Assembly: GCA_963693365.1 (NCBI GenBank)
Contig: CAVNZM010000004.1
Location: 4,271,447 to 4,335,446, forward strand
Origin: Amoebidium appalachense
Taxonomy: Eukaryota; Protista; Ichthyosporea
Length of the DNA: 64,000 nt
Direction of reading: 5' to 3'
Shown here one piece after another: positions 1 to 30,739 of this stretch. Under the pieces are notes generated by a model. The model saw only the letters and a list, made by a program, of their open reading frames with translations, searched no databases and was not told where the DNA came from. Position numbers and translations under genes: made by a program. Each line of letters starts with the position of its first letter. Positions within the stretch are counted from its first letter, which is position 1.

Positions 1-153
1 CTATATACAAACTAAAAACTCATGCACACTGCAAGCACTGCTGGAGAAAACACATCAACTGTCCTAGCTCCAAAACATTTACAAAACACACACAAAAAAA
101 CACAAACACAAACAAGTGTGCCACACTCTCAACTTTTAAATCCCAGCACTTAC

Positions 154-19691
<19,538 letters not shown>

Positions 19692-20851
19692 CCTCGTCAC
19701 GGGACTTGCAACATCAAAGTTTAAAACTTTCAGACGAGCACAGAGAGGTGTTCCCTCAGGTAAGCATCACTCGTCAAAAATCGATGCAAAGGTTCAAGGA
19801 TAAAAAGTATTCATTTACAGGATCTCACACACAAGCCACCGATGTGCCTTTTTCTATTTTCTTGTTGTCAGATTACCAACATTAACTTAGACACAGACTC
19901 GCGCCGGATCTGGCCGTGTGGACATCGGCATGAGCTCTGACTTAAACTTCGTGACTAGTCCTGATATTGGCTGCCTGCAAGCACGCCCTTCCTTCGTTCC
20001 CTGCTCTCCGCAAGACGTTGCAGAGGCAAGGCTCCTCTCCGGCTCCGGCATCAGGTTCCACCTTCAGTACCATCAGGCTCCACCTACAGTACATGTACAA
20101 CAGCAAAAGCATGATAACTGGCCGGGGATTGAACCACGGCTCAGAGGGCCGAGACAGACCAAATGTCACAGCTGCAGAGGAGGCTCTTGCTAAAAATAGA
20201 TGCAGTTACGTAATCGTTGTGACAGCCCATGAGACTATGTCTGTCTGTCATCACAGGGCCCCGGCAGTGTGTGTGTGTATGTTTGCCATGCGCCGGGGGG
20301 GTGGGGGTGGGAGGGGGGACCATCACACATGTTAGGCTCACATCCAGACTCCCATGGCGCCTCCCCAACCCCCGCCTTTCTCGATCAGAAATATCAGGCC
20401 AGGAACGGGCCACGCCGAAGCGGACGGCCTTCGAAGCACATACACCAGTCATGTTCACACGCACACACTGCGGAATACAGTCCAAGCCCAAGCTGAACAC
20501 AGCCCCTTACACCGTGCCACACATATTTCATACTCACTCATTTATTGACGACTTGCTTTTAGTTTTTTCATGATGTACAAGGCCTGGGCCCGCGCTGCTG
20601 GTTGGTGCTCGCAGCTTCATGCCTCTAGATCTTGCAACTAATAAAGGGTCTCTACAATTTCTAAGTACGAGCATTATTACCACATAGCTTTAAGTCGGCT
20701 GACTACATGTGGTATAAACACCATGCCCATATGACAACTAGATGCAAGATGCAGCACACCATATACGATGATTCGAAAGCGTCTGATTTGGGCAACTAAG
20801 TCTCACAGCTCTTCATATATCTTTAGGGGCCACGAGGCTTTTCTAAGAGTT

Positions 20852-22069
20852 CTATACAGAGCTCAAAACCGAGTGCGCAAATGGTTCTCTGGGTTGAAAT
20901 TTCATCGGCTCAGCATGGGCAACATCACCCAAAAGACCCTCCTGACGAAAAACATTTAAAAGCTCCTCCACACTCTCACTCGTCACAACAATATTCGTCT
21001 CCTGCTGCCAAATAGTAGAGGGATCACAAGGAACAGAGTATCCTTGGTGCATGCTGTATCCGAAATCATCGGCGAGCAACGTCTGCTGGAGAATAAGGCT
21101 CTCTTGGTTTAGCAGCTCAGACATGTCGACTTCTGAGATGACGCTGCCCTCCGACTGCCGCCGCCATTGCATCTGCATTTCCAGGTGTACCTGCTCAACC
21201 AAGGAGCTCTCAAAATCCGTCGACATGTTATTCATGTTGAGTGATGGATCGTCGAATTCCACACCACCAATCGACGCGGGATAAGGGCCCGTTTCCTGCC
21301 TGTGGGCGCTCCAGGAATTGCGCCTTGGTCCCCCCCCAATCCAATTTTCGTAGTTCTGGCCAAGGGGATTGCTTGGGGCAGGTGCAAGAAGCGGTGCTGT
21401 TTGCGGCAGGTTGGGAAGGGAGAGTGCACGAGGCCTATTTTGCTGGGATCCTCCTAGCTGGCCAACGGAGACGATCAAGCCACCCTCCTCAGCTTGATAC
21501 ACGGCAGAGTGCTTGATTCGCTTGTGCTGTTGTGGGATAACAGTGTCAAAAATAATCTATGCATCAAATAAACGCGAGAAAGGGAGGAAGAATGCACTTA
21601 TATTCAGCTGCCATCACCTGAGTTACACCAAGGCAAGCAATGTGATGGGTGTGCTACCTATTCTGTGTTGCACTCTGGCGCAGATTTGAATGGTAAGAAG
21701 GGATATGGAAGTAACCTAAACATCCAATCCCCGAAAGAGCTTTGAACTTGAAGGGAGGAGGCGGGCGTGTGGGGGTATGGGTTGGGGCGGGAGGGGGGGA
21801 GGGAGGAGAGGGGGGAACACAAGTCTTACCTGTTTAAGGGCATGGAAAGAGGCGTAAACCCGATTGCATCCTGTGACGTCACACGCAAAATCACGAACCA
21901 ATTCCTTGAAAGTTCTTCTCCTGCGTCCTCTTCTGGCTTGCTCACCACCACTTTCCTGGTCGTCGTGTGGACTGGCCAATTCAAGAGTGTAGTTGCTCTC
22001 CTGTTCGTTTTTCGAGCCGAGCTGGCTAGGTGCCGTGCCCGGAGAGCAGCTGTTTGTGTTTTCAGACAT
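20852..22069 (-). CDS. Single C2H2 zinc-finger putative transcription factor (Con7-like finger), 2 exons
   Basis: Exons 21830-22069 and 20852-21526, joined by a phase-0 GTAAG...CAG intron, rebuild RRRRTFKELVRDFACDVTGCNRVYASFHALKQ|HKRIKH (C-x4-C-x12-H-x4-H), followed by an acidic/Q-rich tail. Confidence 0.85.
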
Positions 22070-22715
22070 GATTCTAGCGTGAAAAGTTACTACGAACTTG
22101 GATTTGACTAACCCACAAGGCTGAAAACAAGGAAGAGGAGTGCACGCTTAAAAGATGCTTGAAAACAAGGTTCACAAGGATGGTGTGGGATCATACAACA
22201 AAATCGAGATTATTAGTGCTTACAAGGAATATATAGAGCATGCCTGTGGACTATCAAATGGTAAAGAAATGAGCAGTTTGGTATCCCTTTTCTACACGCT
22301 GCGTGCGTGGAGGTGTGTGCATAGATGATGAAATCGTTATTCTGGGTGCACACGCACAGAAAAACACGGCTCCCACAGGGAAAACACTCGAACAGTGAAT
22401 GAACGTCCAGTTTAACTGTTTCTCATGCCAGAGACCGGTTTTTATAGCTGAAAGTTTGGGTATGGCGAAATTTTCTGTGGCAGGGTTCGGAAACTTCGGG
22501 TCCCCCTACGTTTTCCAAAGCATCATTTTTATCAAGTTGGTTTTGGTCACGATTGGGCTTGTGAATGTGATGTGAAGTATCATTAGGATTTCATGCTCCA
22601 GGAACACAAACAAAACTTGGAAAACTTGTTAAAGCATGGCAGTCTCTCTTATGGCTAATGGCCTTCCTGAGAAAGAGTTATACGCCCGGTCACCCCGGTG
22701 TCACGAAACATGTCG

Positions 22716-23017
22716 TTAAAGGGGGTTTCTTTTAGGCCGATTATTGCACCCATTCCAGCACATCCGGGTCAAGCCATTTATTCGGCATACAAATCATGAT
22801 ATAAATTGTAGTCTTATTCCAAACGCTTTATTATTATTATTCAATTCTTCGTTTCTTTTTTTTCTCTTTTCTTTTTCTTTTTTCTTGTATTATGGCCCAT
22901 CTGTACCTTGCTTCCGGCCAAACGATGGTGCGCAATTGATGCGCAGCACACCAATCTTATAGCTAGAATCGCCTCTGACCCGACCCGGCCCGAAAACCCA
23001 AAAGAAACCCCCTTTAA
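22716..23017. mobile_element. MITE with TTAA-AGGGG termini (Kolobok/T2-like)
   Basis: TTAAAGGGGGTTTCTTTT at 22716 and its exact reverse complement AAAAGAAACCCCCTTTAA ending at 23017; non-coding interior. Confidence 0.75.
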
Positions 23018-23943
23018 TAAACAGCAGATTCCCCCCCCCCCTCACGAAACTGAGGCCACTCTCAACCCAGGGTGTAGAAATGTAGTTTATTGTGCCACAA
23101 AACTGTCCTCAAAAAAGTTGATCGTTTTGCAACTAATTCAGGCTGAAACAGCACGATCAGTAGGAAGCACGTATATTAAAAGTATAATAAGAATATATTG
23201 CCCTTGCGGGTGGATTTTTACAGACAACTCTGGCACGCAGGCAGGACCCAGGAGTCAACAACTGTCAACCGTATTTCGGCCGCTGTAAAATCCTAGGGCT
23301 GCAAATTTTCAAGCCACCATGAAAAGCCCGCGAAAACGACGGGTTATTGACCTGATTTTTCAACCCGGTGAACCTTGAACGACCCTATTATTCGATAAAG
23401 GGCTGTACAATTCATTAAAAGATATTCTTAAAAGCGGCTAGTGGCCCTGATTTTTTTTTTTTTTGTAGGTTATGATAGAATAGTCTATCTGTTTATTCCT
23501 GCTCTTCCCAGTCCGAAGCACGTACTTAGCCTGTTTCTGCCTATCCTGCCCCCGCCTACTTGGGGACCGCGGTCTGGGAACGCATACGCCAGGAGTCCAG
23601 GACCCATAACTGTCTTCCTATTGGCTAGTACATAATCCCGATCTATCCATTCCTGTGCCTGAGAGACTATCTGTAACCCTATTGGACGATGTATTCGCGG
23701 ACTGGCATCCGCTCAGGTATATAACCCCACTTTAAAATGCCCCATAGTTGATCAGCGAAGCCATATGTAAAAATCAACAGTTTTTTGTCTATTATAACAA
23801 AGCAACAAATAATTGCGCTATGACGATGAAACCTGAGCCGTAACTGTATTTTGATGTGTAGAAACGGCACTACAGCCAGGTTTTGCCCCCATTTTCTCCC
23901 ACGAGCAGAAAAACCCTTTATACAAACCCCTTCTTTGAGGGTT

Positions 23944-24027
23944 GAGGGCCCCTGCCGGTGGGGGCCCTCTATAAGTAGCCGCAAAAATCGATCAAATTTT
24001 GGGGGCCCCCACCGGTGGGGGCCCTCT
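23944..24027. repeat. Two GC-rich palindromes in direct repeat
   Basis: GAGGGCCCCTGCCGGTGGGGGCCCTC and the perfect palindrome GGGCCCCCACCGGTGGGGGCCC, each followed by a TATAA-like sequence. Confidence 0.8.
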
Positions 24028-24537
24028 TATAAAGTGGGGATAAAGCAGCCGGACCATCCTCAGATGGTGCCGGAGGATCCGAGATCTCAAACCACTTCCT
24101 GCGAACCTCTCTGCTCTCGATCCGCTATGTAGAAGTGATTGTCTCTTACAGAGGTCACAGGACCGAATCCTGCCTCTGCGCATGCTCCACATTTATTCTG
24201 ATAGTAGGGCCATTCAGGCTGGAGAAAACCTACCGGCAAAATGGCCCTAACCAGAAGTACAAATATCACACCCTGGTACCAAATCATAGCTATAATGGCA
24301 CACCCTGCGTTCTATCATGTGTCTTATGGCGAGCCATTTCTGATTGGCTTGAGGGAAGTGCTTATATTTGATTGGCTCACATCGATTCACGATTCAGTCG
24401 CACACATCGATTCAGTCGCACACATCGATTCAAATGTCGCTCTTTATTATCTGCTAATAAATAGTATCCTTCGCGCATCCACCCCTAAACCAGGCCATCC
24501 GTGGCCCTAAGGGCCGGGGAACACCCCCATCCATGTC

Positions 24538-25722
24538 ATGGCACATGCCTATAATCGTTTCAGAACCTCTTTCAAAGTTCCATCTACACCCATCACACAT
24601 GTGCGACCATTAAAACGTCCAGCAGATACACCTACCACAGATGCACAACCAGAAAAACATCGCCTTAGACTAAGCGCAACACCTATTTACAATACACTAC
24701 CCATTCAGAATAACACCACACCACTCCGTAGAAACACAATAACAACCATGCCGAAACTTTCGGTTGATACAGTACTGGCAGAACTTGCCCTCGTTAAGAA
24801 ACAGCTAAATGAGCTGTTACCACTCAAGAACATGATAGAAAAACTCCAAACAGAAAATACCCAACTCAAGCTCACCATTGATTCACTCACAGCCCAGCTA
24901 AACATTAGTGGATCGCAAAACCCCAAAACTCATGAGCAAACATCTCGCGACGGAGACATTTCCACCCCAACACAAAACAACACAGGACCGGAAGCACAGC
25001 TCCCGGCAGAGTTCCTAGAATATGCGAACTCTCGTAAAACACCCGAGCTCCGCCAAATTGCCAAGGAAACATATGCCAGCATTCTTGCAGGCAACGAGTA
25101 CCGCCGCAACTCCCCTCCCAAACCGCCGGCTAAGGGGAACACCCAAGCAAACGGTAACATCAACATCCCACCCAAATACGAGAGGGTGTATTTCAAAGTC
25201 AAGCACGGCAGACGCCCACACAGGGCCATGTGGTCCATCTTCAAGGCTCTCGGCTTCCGGTGCTCTCGCATCCTTTGTCTGTCCTTCATTGGATACGATG
25301 TGCTGGAAGTAGCAGTACGGGGCGACTATAACCGTGCGTTCATCCGTGACGCGACAAAGGGGTGTGGAAGCTTCTTCACCCACCTCCCAAGCTACGACCC
25401 ATGCGCGCCGGAAAACATTCAGAAAGCAGACAAAGAACGTAAAGTGTCTGCTAAGAATGCGTGCGCCACACGTTGTCGTGTACGCATCAGCAAGGCAAAA
25501 GAGTTCCTCGCAAAGTTGGAAAACGATGCTACGAGCGTGATAGACACGGACACGAAGGAACCAATGTTTTCTGGTGAGAAACTGCTCGAGCGCAAACGCC
25601 GATGCGAGATGGAAATCGAGCTCTTCTGCGAACTGTTCGCGCTGGCGGAAGGTCGTGCATACGACCCCGTAAGCGACAAGTGGGAACCAACCCCACAGGT
25701 GTCGGACCAAACCGATGCCTAA
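24538..25722 (+). CDS. LINE ORF1 (coiled-coil, putative RNA-binding protein)
   Basis: 394 aa with heptad coiled coil (LAELALVKKQLNEL...LQTENTQLKLTIDSLTAQL), TYASIL motif and a basic region; lies upstream of and overlaps ORF2. The start could be the later ATG at 24748. Confidence 0.85.
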   Translation: MAHAYNRFRTSFKVPSTPITHVRPLKRPADTPTTDAQPEKHRLRLSATPIYNTLPIQNNTTPLRRNTITTMPKLSVDTVLAELALVKKQLNELLPLKNMIEKLQTENTQLKLTIDSLTAQLNISGSQNPKTHEQTSRDGDISTPTQNNTGPEAQLPAEFLEYANSRKTPELRQIAKETYASILAGNEYRRNSPPKPPAKGNTQANGNINIPPKYERVYFKVKHGRRPHRAMWSIFKALGFRCSRILCLSFIGYDVLEVAVRGDYNRAFIRDATKGCGSFFTHLPSYDPCAPENIQKADKERKVSAKNACATRCRVRISKAKEFLAKLENDATSVIDTDTKEPMFSGEKLLERKRRCEMEIELFCELFALAEGRAYDPVSDKWEPTPQVSDQTDA

Positions 25723-28700
25723 TTTATCCTTCTTCTTCTGGAATGCTCGGACACTGGGCCCCCAAAAGGGCCTCCCCCCCGGGACACTCGACGATAAAAT
25801 CAGCTACATACAACAACAGACAAACAACCACACGTTTACAGTGATTTGCGAAACACAGTTTAAAAACCACCACAAATTCAACTCTACATTGGTCGACACA
25901 TCCACACACCCCGGTTACGCGAAAAACCGAGGCATTATTGTACTTGCCGCACCACACGTGAGAGTGAAGTGCAAACCGGTAGCAAAAACGGAATTCTCGG
26001 TTTCTATAGAGTTTCTTTCTAATGTTTTTACTTTTGTATATTACCCACCATCTATGTCGGTTGTCGAATTGACTCACGAGTTGTCACAGTTACCAATGTC
26101 CACTGTTATTTTAGGTGATTTTAACACGCGACTCCACCACACAGACACACTGCAAGTGAGTGTCGGGTACCCATCTAAGCCCCCGGAGCGTGCTATCCCT
26201 TTAGCAAGGTATGTCCAAAGTCACACTTTGCGGTTCCCTCAAATATCCCATGCCCACAACACCGACTGGGGAGTGGCCTTTTGGCCATCAACCATGTCAA
26301 AACTCTCTCTCCCTCCTAACCTCTCTAGGTCATCTGACCACTCTCCTATCCTTTTCCTACCTAAGATCTCCCTTGATCTGCTCCCCCCTCCCCCTCCCAC
26401 CTTTCGCCTCCGTCTATCCCAGCTTAAGTCACAGTGGGGTAGAGTTGATGTATGTGTATGCTATGCTACGAAACACCCTATATATATGCGCCTATTAGAA
26501 TCTGCACAAGCCAGGCCAGATTCACATCTCGTACTAGATACATGCACTAACTTTATTGTTGATGATTTGATAGATCTCGGTGATTATGCTGGCGGTGGTA
26601 GGAAGGAATATCCCGATGCTCTCTTGTTACCAAACACCACTCCCGCTAGACTAGGTGAACCCCTGTCTCAAAAGGAAAGCTTGCGCCGGCTTGCTAGTAT
26701 GAATCGATTTGGCCCCCCTGCTCGTATTATTGGTGATACCACTGGAGACCCCCTCATAGACTCTGATAAGTATTTCTCGGAACTGTTTAAAGATAGGACC
26801 CCCGCTCAGAAACCTATTGTGTGGCCTGTAGACCCATCTATCCCCATAGAATCGATCCTCCCCTTTTTCAGTCCCGATGCCATATGGTCTGTGATATCTA
26901 GTTATAGCTCTAGTAAGTCTTGTGGACCTGATGGACTCCCTGCTGGGTTTCTTAAAATCCTTGTTCCCTCCTACCCACAAAAGGAAAGTGATCGTGCTAT
27001 TAAACCTGATCTTACTATCATGTTAAGCTCTCTCTTTTCTTGGTGTGTTAAATGTGGACATGTCCCGTCATCTTGGTTAGATACCTTAGTGATCCCCATA
27101 GTTAAGAAGGACTCTGAGGGCCCCATATCATCCTTTCGCCCCATTACACTAACCCAGGTTGTTCGTAGATTCTTTGAAGCTTGCTTACTTAGGTTATTTG
27201 CACATCACCCTAGGTTTCAATCTATTCTTCACATACACCCATGCCAATCCGCTTTTCGTAAAAACAATTCATGTTATGTTCAAATAATGGCACTGCACGA
27301 TTCTATGCAAGTTGGTGCACAATATGTTGGCTTTATTGATTGGAAAACTGCTTACGATTCTGTCTCCCCTGGTCTCCTATGGGAAAAGCTTGCTGCACGG
27401 GGTGTACCACACTGCATTGGTGTTCTGTTAGAAGCACTCTTGTCTCAAACCTATGGTAGAGCTGTGGTTAATGGGCATCTTTCATATGGTTTTGCTCGTA
27501 CTAGAGGTCTCTTGCAGGGTTCATTGCTTAGCCCCTTTTTGTTTAACCTATTTATAGATGATTTGGCTGTCAAGATTTACGCCGAAAACGATGACCCTAT
27601 TAATAACTTTCCGCCTGCACTTCTCTATGCTGATGATCTGTCCCTCCTTGCCCGTACCCCTAGACGCCTGCAAAGATTGTTCGATGTAGTGTCAGAGTGG
27701 TGCAAGGCAAACCTTATGATCCTTAACATAGACAAATGTGGTGTTCTTGTACCTGATATAGCTAACAATTTACACACATTTACATTATCATCTAAACCTG
27801 TACCTATAGTTCCAGAATACAAATATCTTGGTGTTCCGGTTGATTCTGTTGGTGTTATGTTTCCCCATATGGTCGAAAAGAGGGTAGAGTTGGCTCGTAA
27901 GCGGTTAGCTTTCTTCTCGGCTAATATTTTTAAAGACACACCCCTCCATCCTTCTATTAGACTTACATTTATTCGCACTTTTGTCTTCCCGGCATGTGAA
28001 TATGGTTTACCCCTTCTCGCCGCTTGGATCAAGAAAGAGAGAACTAGAGCGCTTAAACCCTTGGCAAATTTCCTTGAAGCAGAAGTTGCCTCCTTTCTAT
28101 CTAACAACTGTTGTAAACCTGGGCCTGTAACGCTCTCGATATATGGTCTGGTCCCAATAGCTGCTAGAGTATCCTATCTCGCGCTGAAATTCAATAAGCA
28201 CATAAGCCGCTTAAAGAAGTATTTGCCCTCCCACCCTCTCTTCTCTATCCGACCTGTCCCCTCCTCACCTCTCCCCTCTTTCCTCCCCTCTCTCTCCCCT
28301 TCTCCCCTGGGCACAAATACAAATAAACCCCGCAATAGTGTGTGTGTGACTTTGGACTGCCACTTACTTATTAAACATGTACACAATCACAAGATAATCA
28401 CGCAATATAACAAATGGAAAAAGATACCACACGACACTAGACCCGATGAAAGCATACACCTTGAAAAACTAAGCCTTATGTCTCGTTTTATATATACTGA
28501 CCGCCTCAACCATATTGCCAAATATGGCACTCGCAAGTGTATAACACCTAAATACATATTACCTTCCTGTAGAACTGGTCTTTCTCTAGCTGATGGTATT
28601 ATTGATCAATTACCACGCTTTTACTGTACACGTGCTATACAGTGGAGATCTAATAAGTATAAGGTGGCATCATTTGCATGCCCAAACAACACACACACAC

Positions 28701-28909
28701 ACCAGTTTAACCGGTCATGTATCGCCAAATGTAGTTTGATAGACCACATAATACCGCAACACACACACGTCACATTCACAACAGACACCCAGAAAGATAG
28801 CCTACCTGTAAATTACAACATCCTTGATTTTATACTAAACACGCGTAACTACGACCTGTTTATTAGATGTATTGATTGGCTTGAGAAACACATCACTACA
28901 AAATTATAG
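25715..28909 (+). CDS. LINE ORF2: APE endonuclease + reverse transcriptase
   Basis: 1064 aa; APE motifs WNARTL, ICET, YYPP, LGDFN, SDHSPI; RT motifs GPDGL, FRPITL, QSAFR, IDWKTAYDSV, GLLQGSLLSPFLF, LYADD, YKYLGV; Cys/His-rich C-terminus. Confidence 0.97.
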   Translation: MPNLSFFFWNARTLGPQKGLPPGTLDDKISYIQQQTNNHTFTVICETQFKNHHKFNSTLVDTSTHPGYAKNRGIIVLAAPHVRVKCKPVAKTEFSVSIEFLSNVFTFVYYPPSMSVVELTHELSQLPMSTVILGDFNTRLHHTDTLQVSVGYPSKPPERAIPLARYVQSHTLRFPQISHAHNTDWGVAFWPSTMSKLSLPPNLSRSSDHSPILFLPKISLDLLPPPPPTFRLRLSQLKSQWGRVDVCVCYATKHPIYMRLLESAQARPDSHLVLDTCTNFIVDDLIDLGDYAGGGRKEYPDALLLPNTTPARLGEPLSQKESLRRLASMNRFGPPARIIGDTTGDPLIDSDKYFSELFKDRTPAQKPIVWPVDPSIPIESILPFFSPDAIWSVISSYSSSKSCGPDGLPAGFLKILVPSYPQKESDRAIKPDLTIMLSSLFSWCVKCGHVPSSWLDTLVIPIVKKDSEGPISSFRPITLTQVVRRFFEACLLRLFAHHPRFQSILHIHPCQSAFRKNNSCYVQIMALHDSMQVGAQYVGFIDWKTAYDSVSPGLLWEKLAARGVPHCIGVLLEALLSQTYGRAVVNGHLSYGFARTRGLLQGSLLSPFLFNLFIDDLAVKIYAENDDPINNFPPALLYADDLSLLARTPRRLQRLFDVVSEWCKANLMILNIDKCGVLVPDIANNLHTFTLSSKPVPIVPEYKYLGVPVDSVGVMFPHMVEKRVELARKRLAFFSANIFKDTPLHPSIRLTFIRTFVFPACEYGLPLLAAWIKKERTRALKPLANFLEAEVASFLSNNCCKPGPVTLSIYGLVPIAARVSYLALKFNKHISRLKKYLPSHPLFSIRPVPSSPLPSFLPSLSPSPLGTNTNKPRNSVCVTLDCHLLIKHVHNHKIITQYNKWKKIPHDTRPDESIHLEKLSLMSRFIYTDRLNHIAKYGTRKCITPKYILPSCRTGLSLADGIIDQLPRFYCTRAIQWRSNKYKVASFACPNNTHTHQFNRSCIAKCSLIDHIIPQHTHVTFTTDTQKDSLPVNYNILDFILNTRNYDLFIRCIDWLEKHITTKL

Positions 28910-28913
28910 CGCA

Positions 28914-28982
<69 letters not shown>

Positions 28983-29014
28983 CCAGCTGATACCGAGTGT
29001 CCCGAGGGGAGCCC

Positions 29015-29069
<55 letters not shown>

Positions 29070-30650
29070 GGGGAACCCCAACTAATTGATTTCTCCTTGT
29101 AGTCTTTATGGTGTCTCGCAGAGAAAGTAAACCCTGATATATAGTCACCACCCGACATCTATGTACGTGATCATGATATACCGCTGAGGGGATATTCCGA
29201 GCAAAACCCCCCCCCCCATACCTGAGACTGGTTCTCTTTGCCTCGAGTAAACAGCGTAAACCCCCTTTTTCTATCGATTCAAGTTTATTGATATCAGCGC
29301 CTCAAGTGAGCGGCAGATTGTTTGTAACCATTGAGACGGCCCATTTCTTTAAGGGAAAAAAAAAATAAAAATACAAAAAGGACCCTATCTATGCCCGTAG
29401 GTTTTCTCAATCTATTCAGTTTTCAGACAGTGTTATAAAAGCTAGGACTCGAATAGAAGCAGTGACCAGCATAAACGTCGCCGGACTAGCATAGCATGAT
29501 CAAGTACGTTCGCAAATGGAATCTGCGTGGAATGCAGCACGGCGGCCTGGGAATGTGGTGGGAATGCTGGTTAACGTTGCGCGTGCAGTCAACACGGTAC
29601 GCGTGACCACGCGTACGACGAGTCGCAGACAGCAGATAAACAGGTGTACCCGGTATGTATCGTATCATATATATATATATACAGTGCAGTTTGCAAACCA
29701 ACATTCTCCATTGCTTTAAGGGTTTCCCATTTCCTGAAGAAAAAAAATTGGAGTTTGATGGCGACATTTTCTTGCTTTTCCCTACAAAAACTAGGCCCCA
29801 TGTCGATTGTGGCGCCACAGTACAGATATCGACGGCAGTGGATCGACCGCGGCAGCGAGTCGAAGTCTGTGCACAAGTCTGACGCCCGAGGTTCCTGATT
29901 GGTGACTGCACTGCCCGGCCCAGGCGATCGCGGCGATCGGATTCCTGGGCATGGGCATTGGTACACGTGTCCTCTTCGATGTACACGCTTGTGTCATCAG
30001 CACGTGTGTCCAACGTCCACCGCCATGAAAGCACATCGCGCATGTCTTCGTTTCACTACATGTACATGTATTGCATAGCTGCATTGAATCCCAAGCATGC
30101 CAAAAATCAATCAGAGTTCTCCGGATCTCGGCCATTATCATGAGTGACGATATTCTATTTTAGCTTTTAATTTTTTTTGGTTTATGCATTAACGCCGTGC
30201 ACGGTCCCTGCTCCAAGGCTTTGTACCCGTAGCCCTACGGAAAGGTAGCCCTACGTCAAAGGGTCAGTGTGCTGTGTACGGGATGGCACTGGAAATCGAT
30301 CCGGAGTGTCACCGACCGTACAGTCGAGTGCGTGGGGCCTCGGTGCCAGACAAAATAAAACGAATCTTTTTATGTTTTATCTTTGAGTTGGAAGGGCTGG
30401 GACTCGGAGGGCAAAAAAAAAGTTATGTCACTGGAATCCATAACATGCGTTGATCATTTCCGCTCTTGAGGCTTGATCGTGACATCTGCTTGCCCTATTT
30501 AGTAGGACCTATTTAAATTTTTGGTAGACTCCCCCCCCCCCCCCCCCCCCCTCCCAGTACATACACATAGGTATACATACCCATGGTTCTCCTCCTCAGG
30601 TCCTCCACCCACCAACCAACCCACCGGGTCTCGCCCCACTAAGACTCCAC

Positions 30651-30739
<89 letters not shown>

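Larger units (their letters stand above)
24523..29068 (+). mobile_element. Non-LTR retrotransposon (LINE), apparently intact
   Basis: Two uninterrupted ORFs, (CA)n at 28918-28981, poly(A) at 29019-29068, and direct repeat CGGGGAAC at 24515-24522 and 29069-29076 (candidate TSD). Confidence 0.93.

Noticed and set aside
24378-24432. CRISPR-like repeats
   Set aside because: Short tandem repeats without spacers, no cas genes, eukaryotic context.
24488-24537. HDV-like ribozyme at the LINE 5' end
   Set aside because: The nested double pseudoknot could not be built by eye, and most of the sequence lies outside the candidate TSD.
28240-28350. Intron within LINE ORF2 (C/T-rich low-complexity patch)
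   Set aside because: The frame stays open through it and there are no convincing splice sites.
24705-28386. Antisense ORFs within the LINE, and ORF 59551-60093 opposite the secreted protein
   Set aside because: Shadow frames of real coding sequence with no recognisable motifs.
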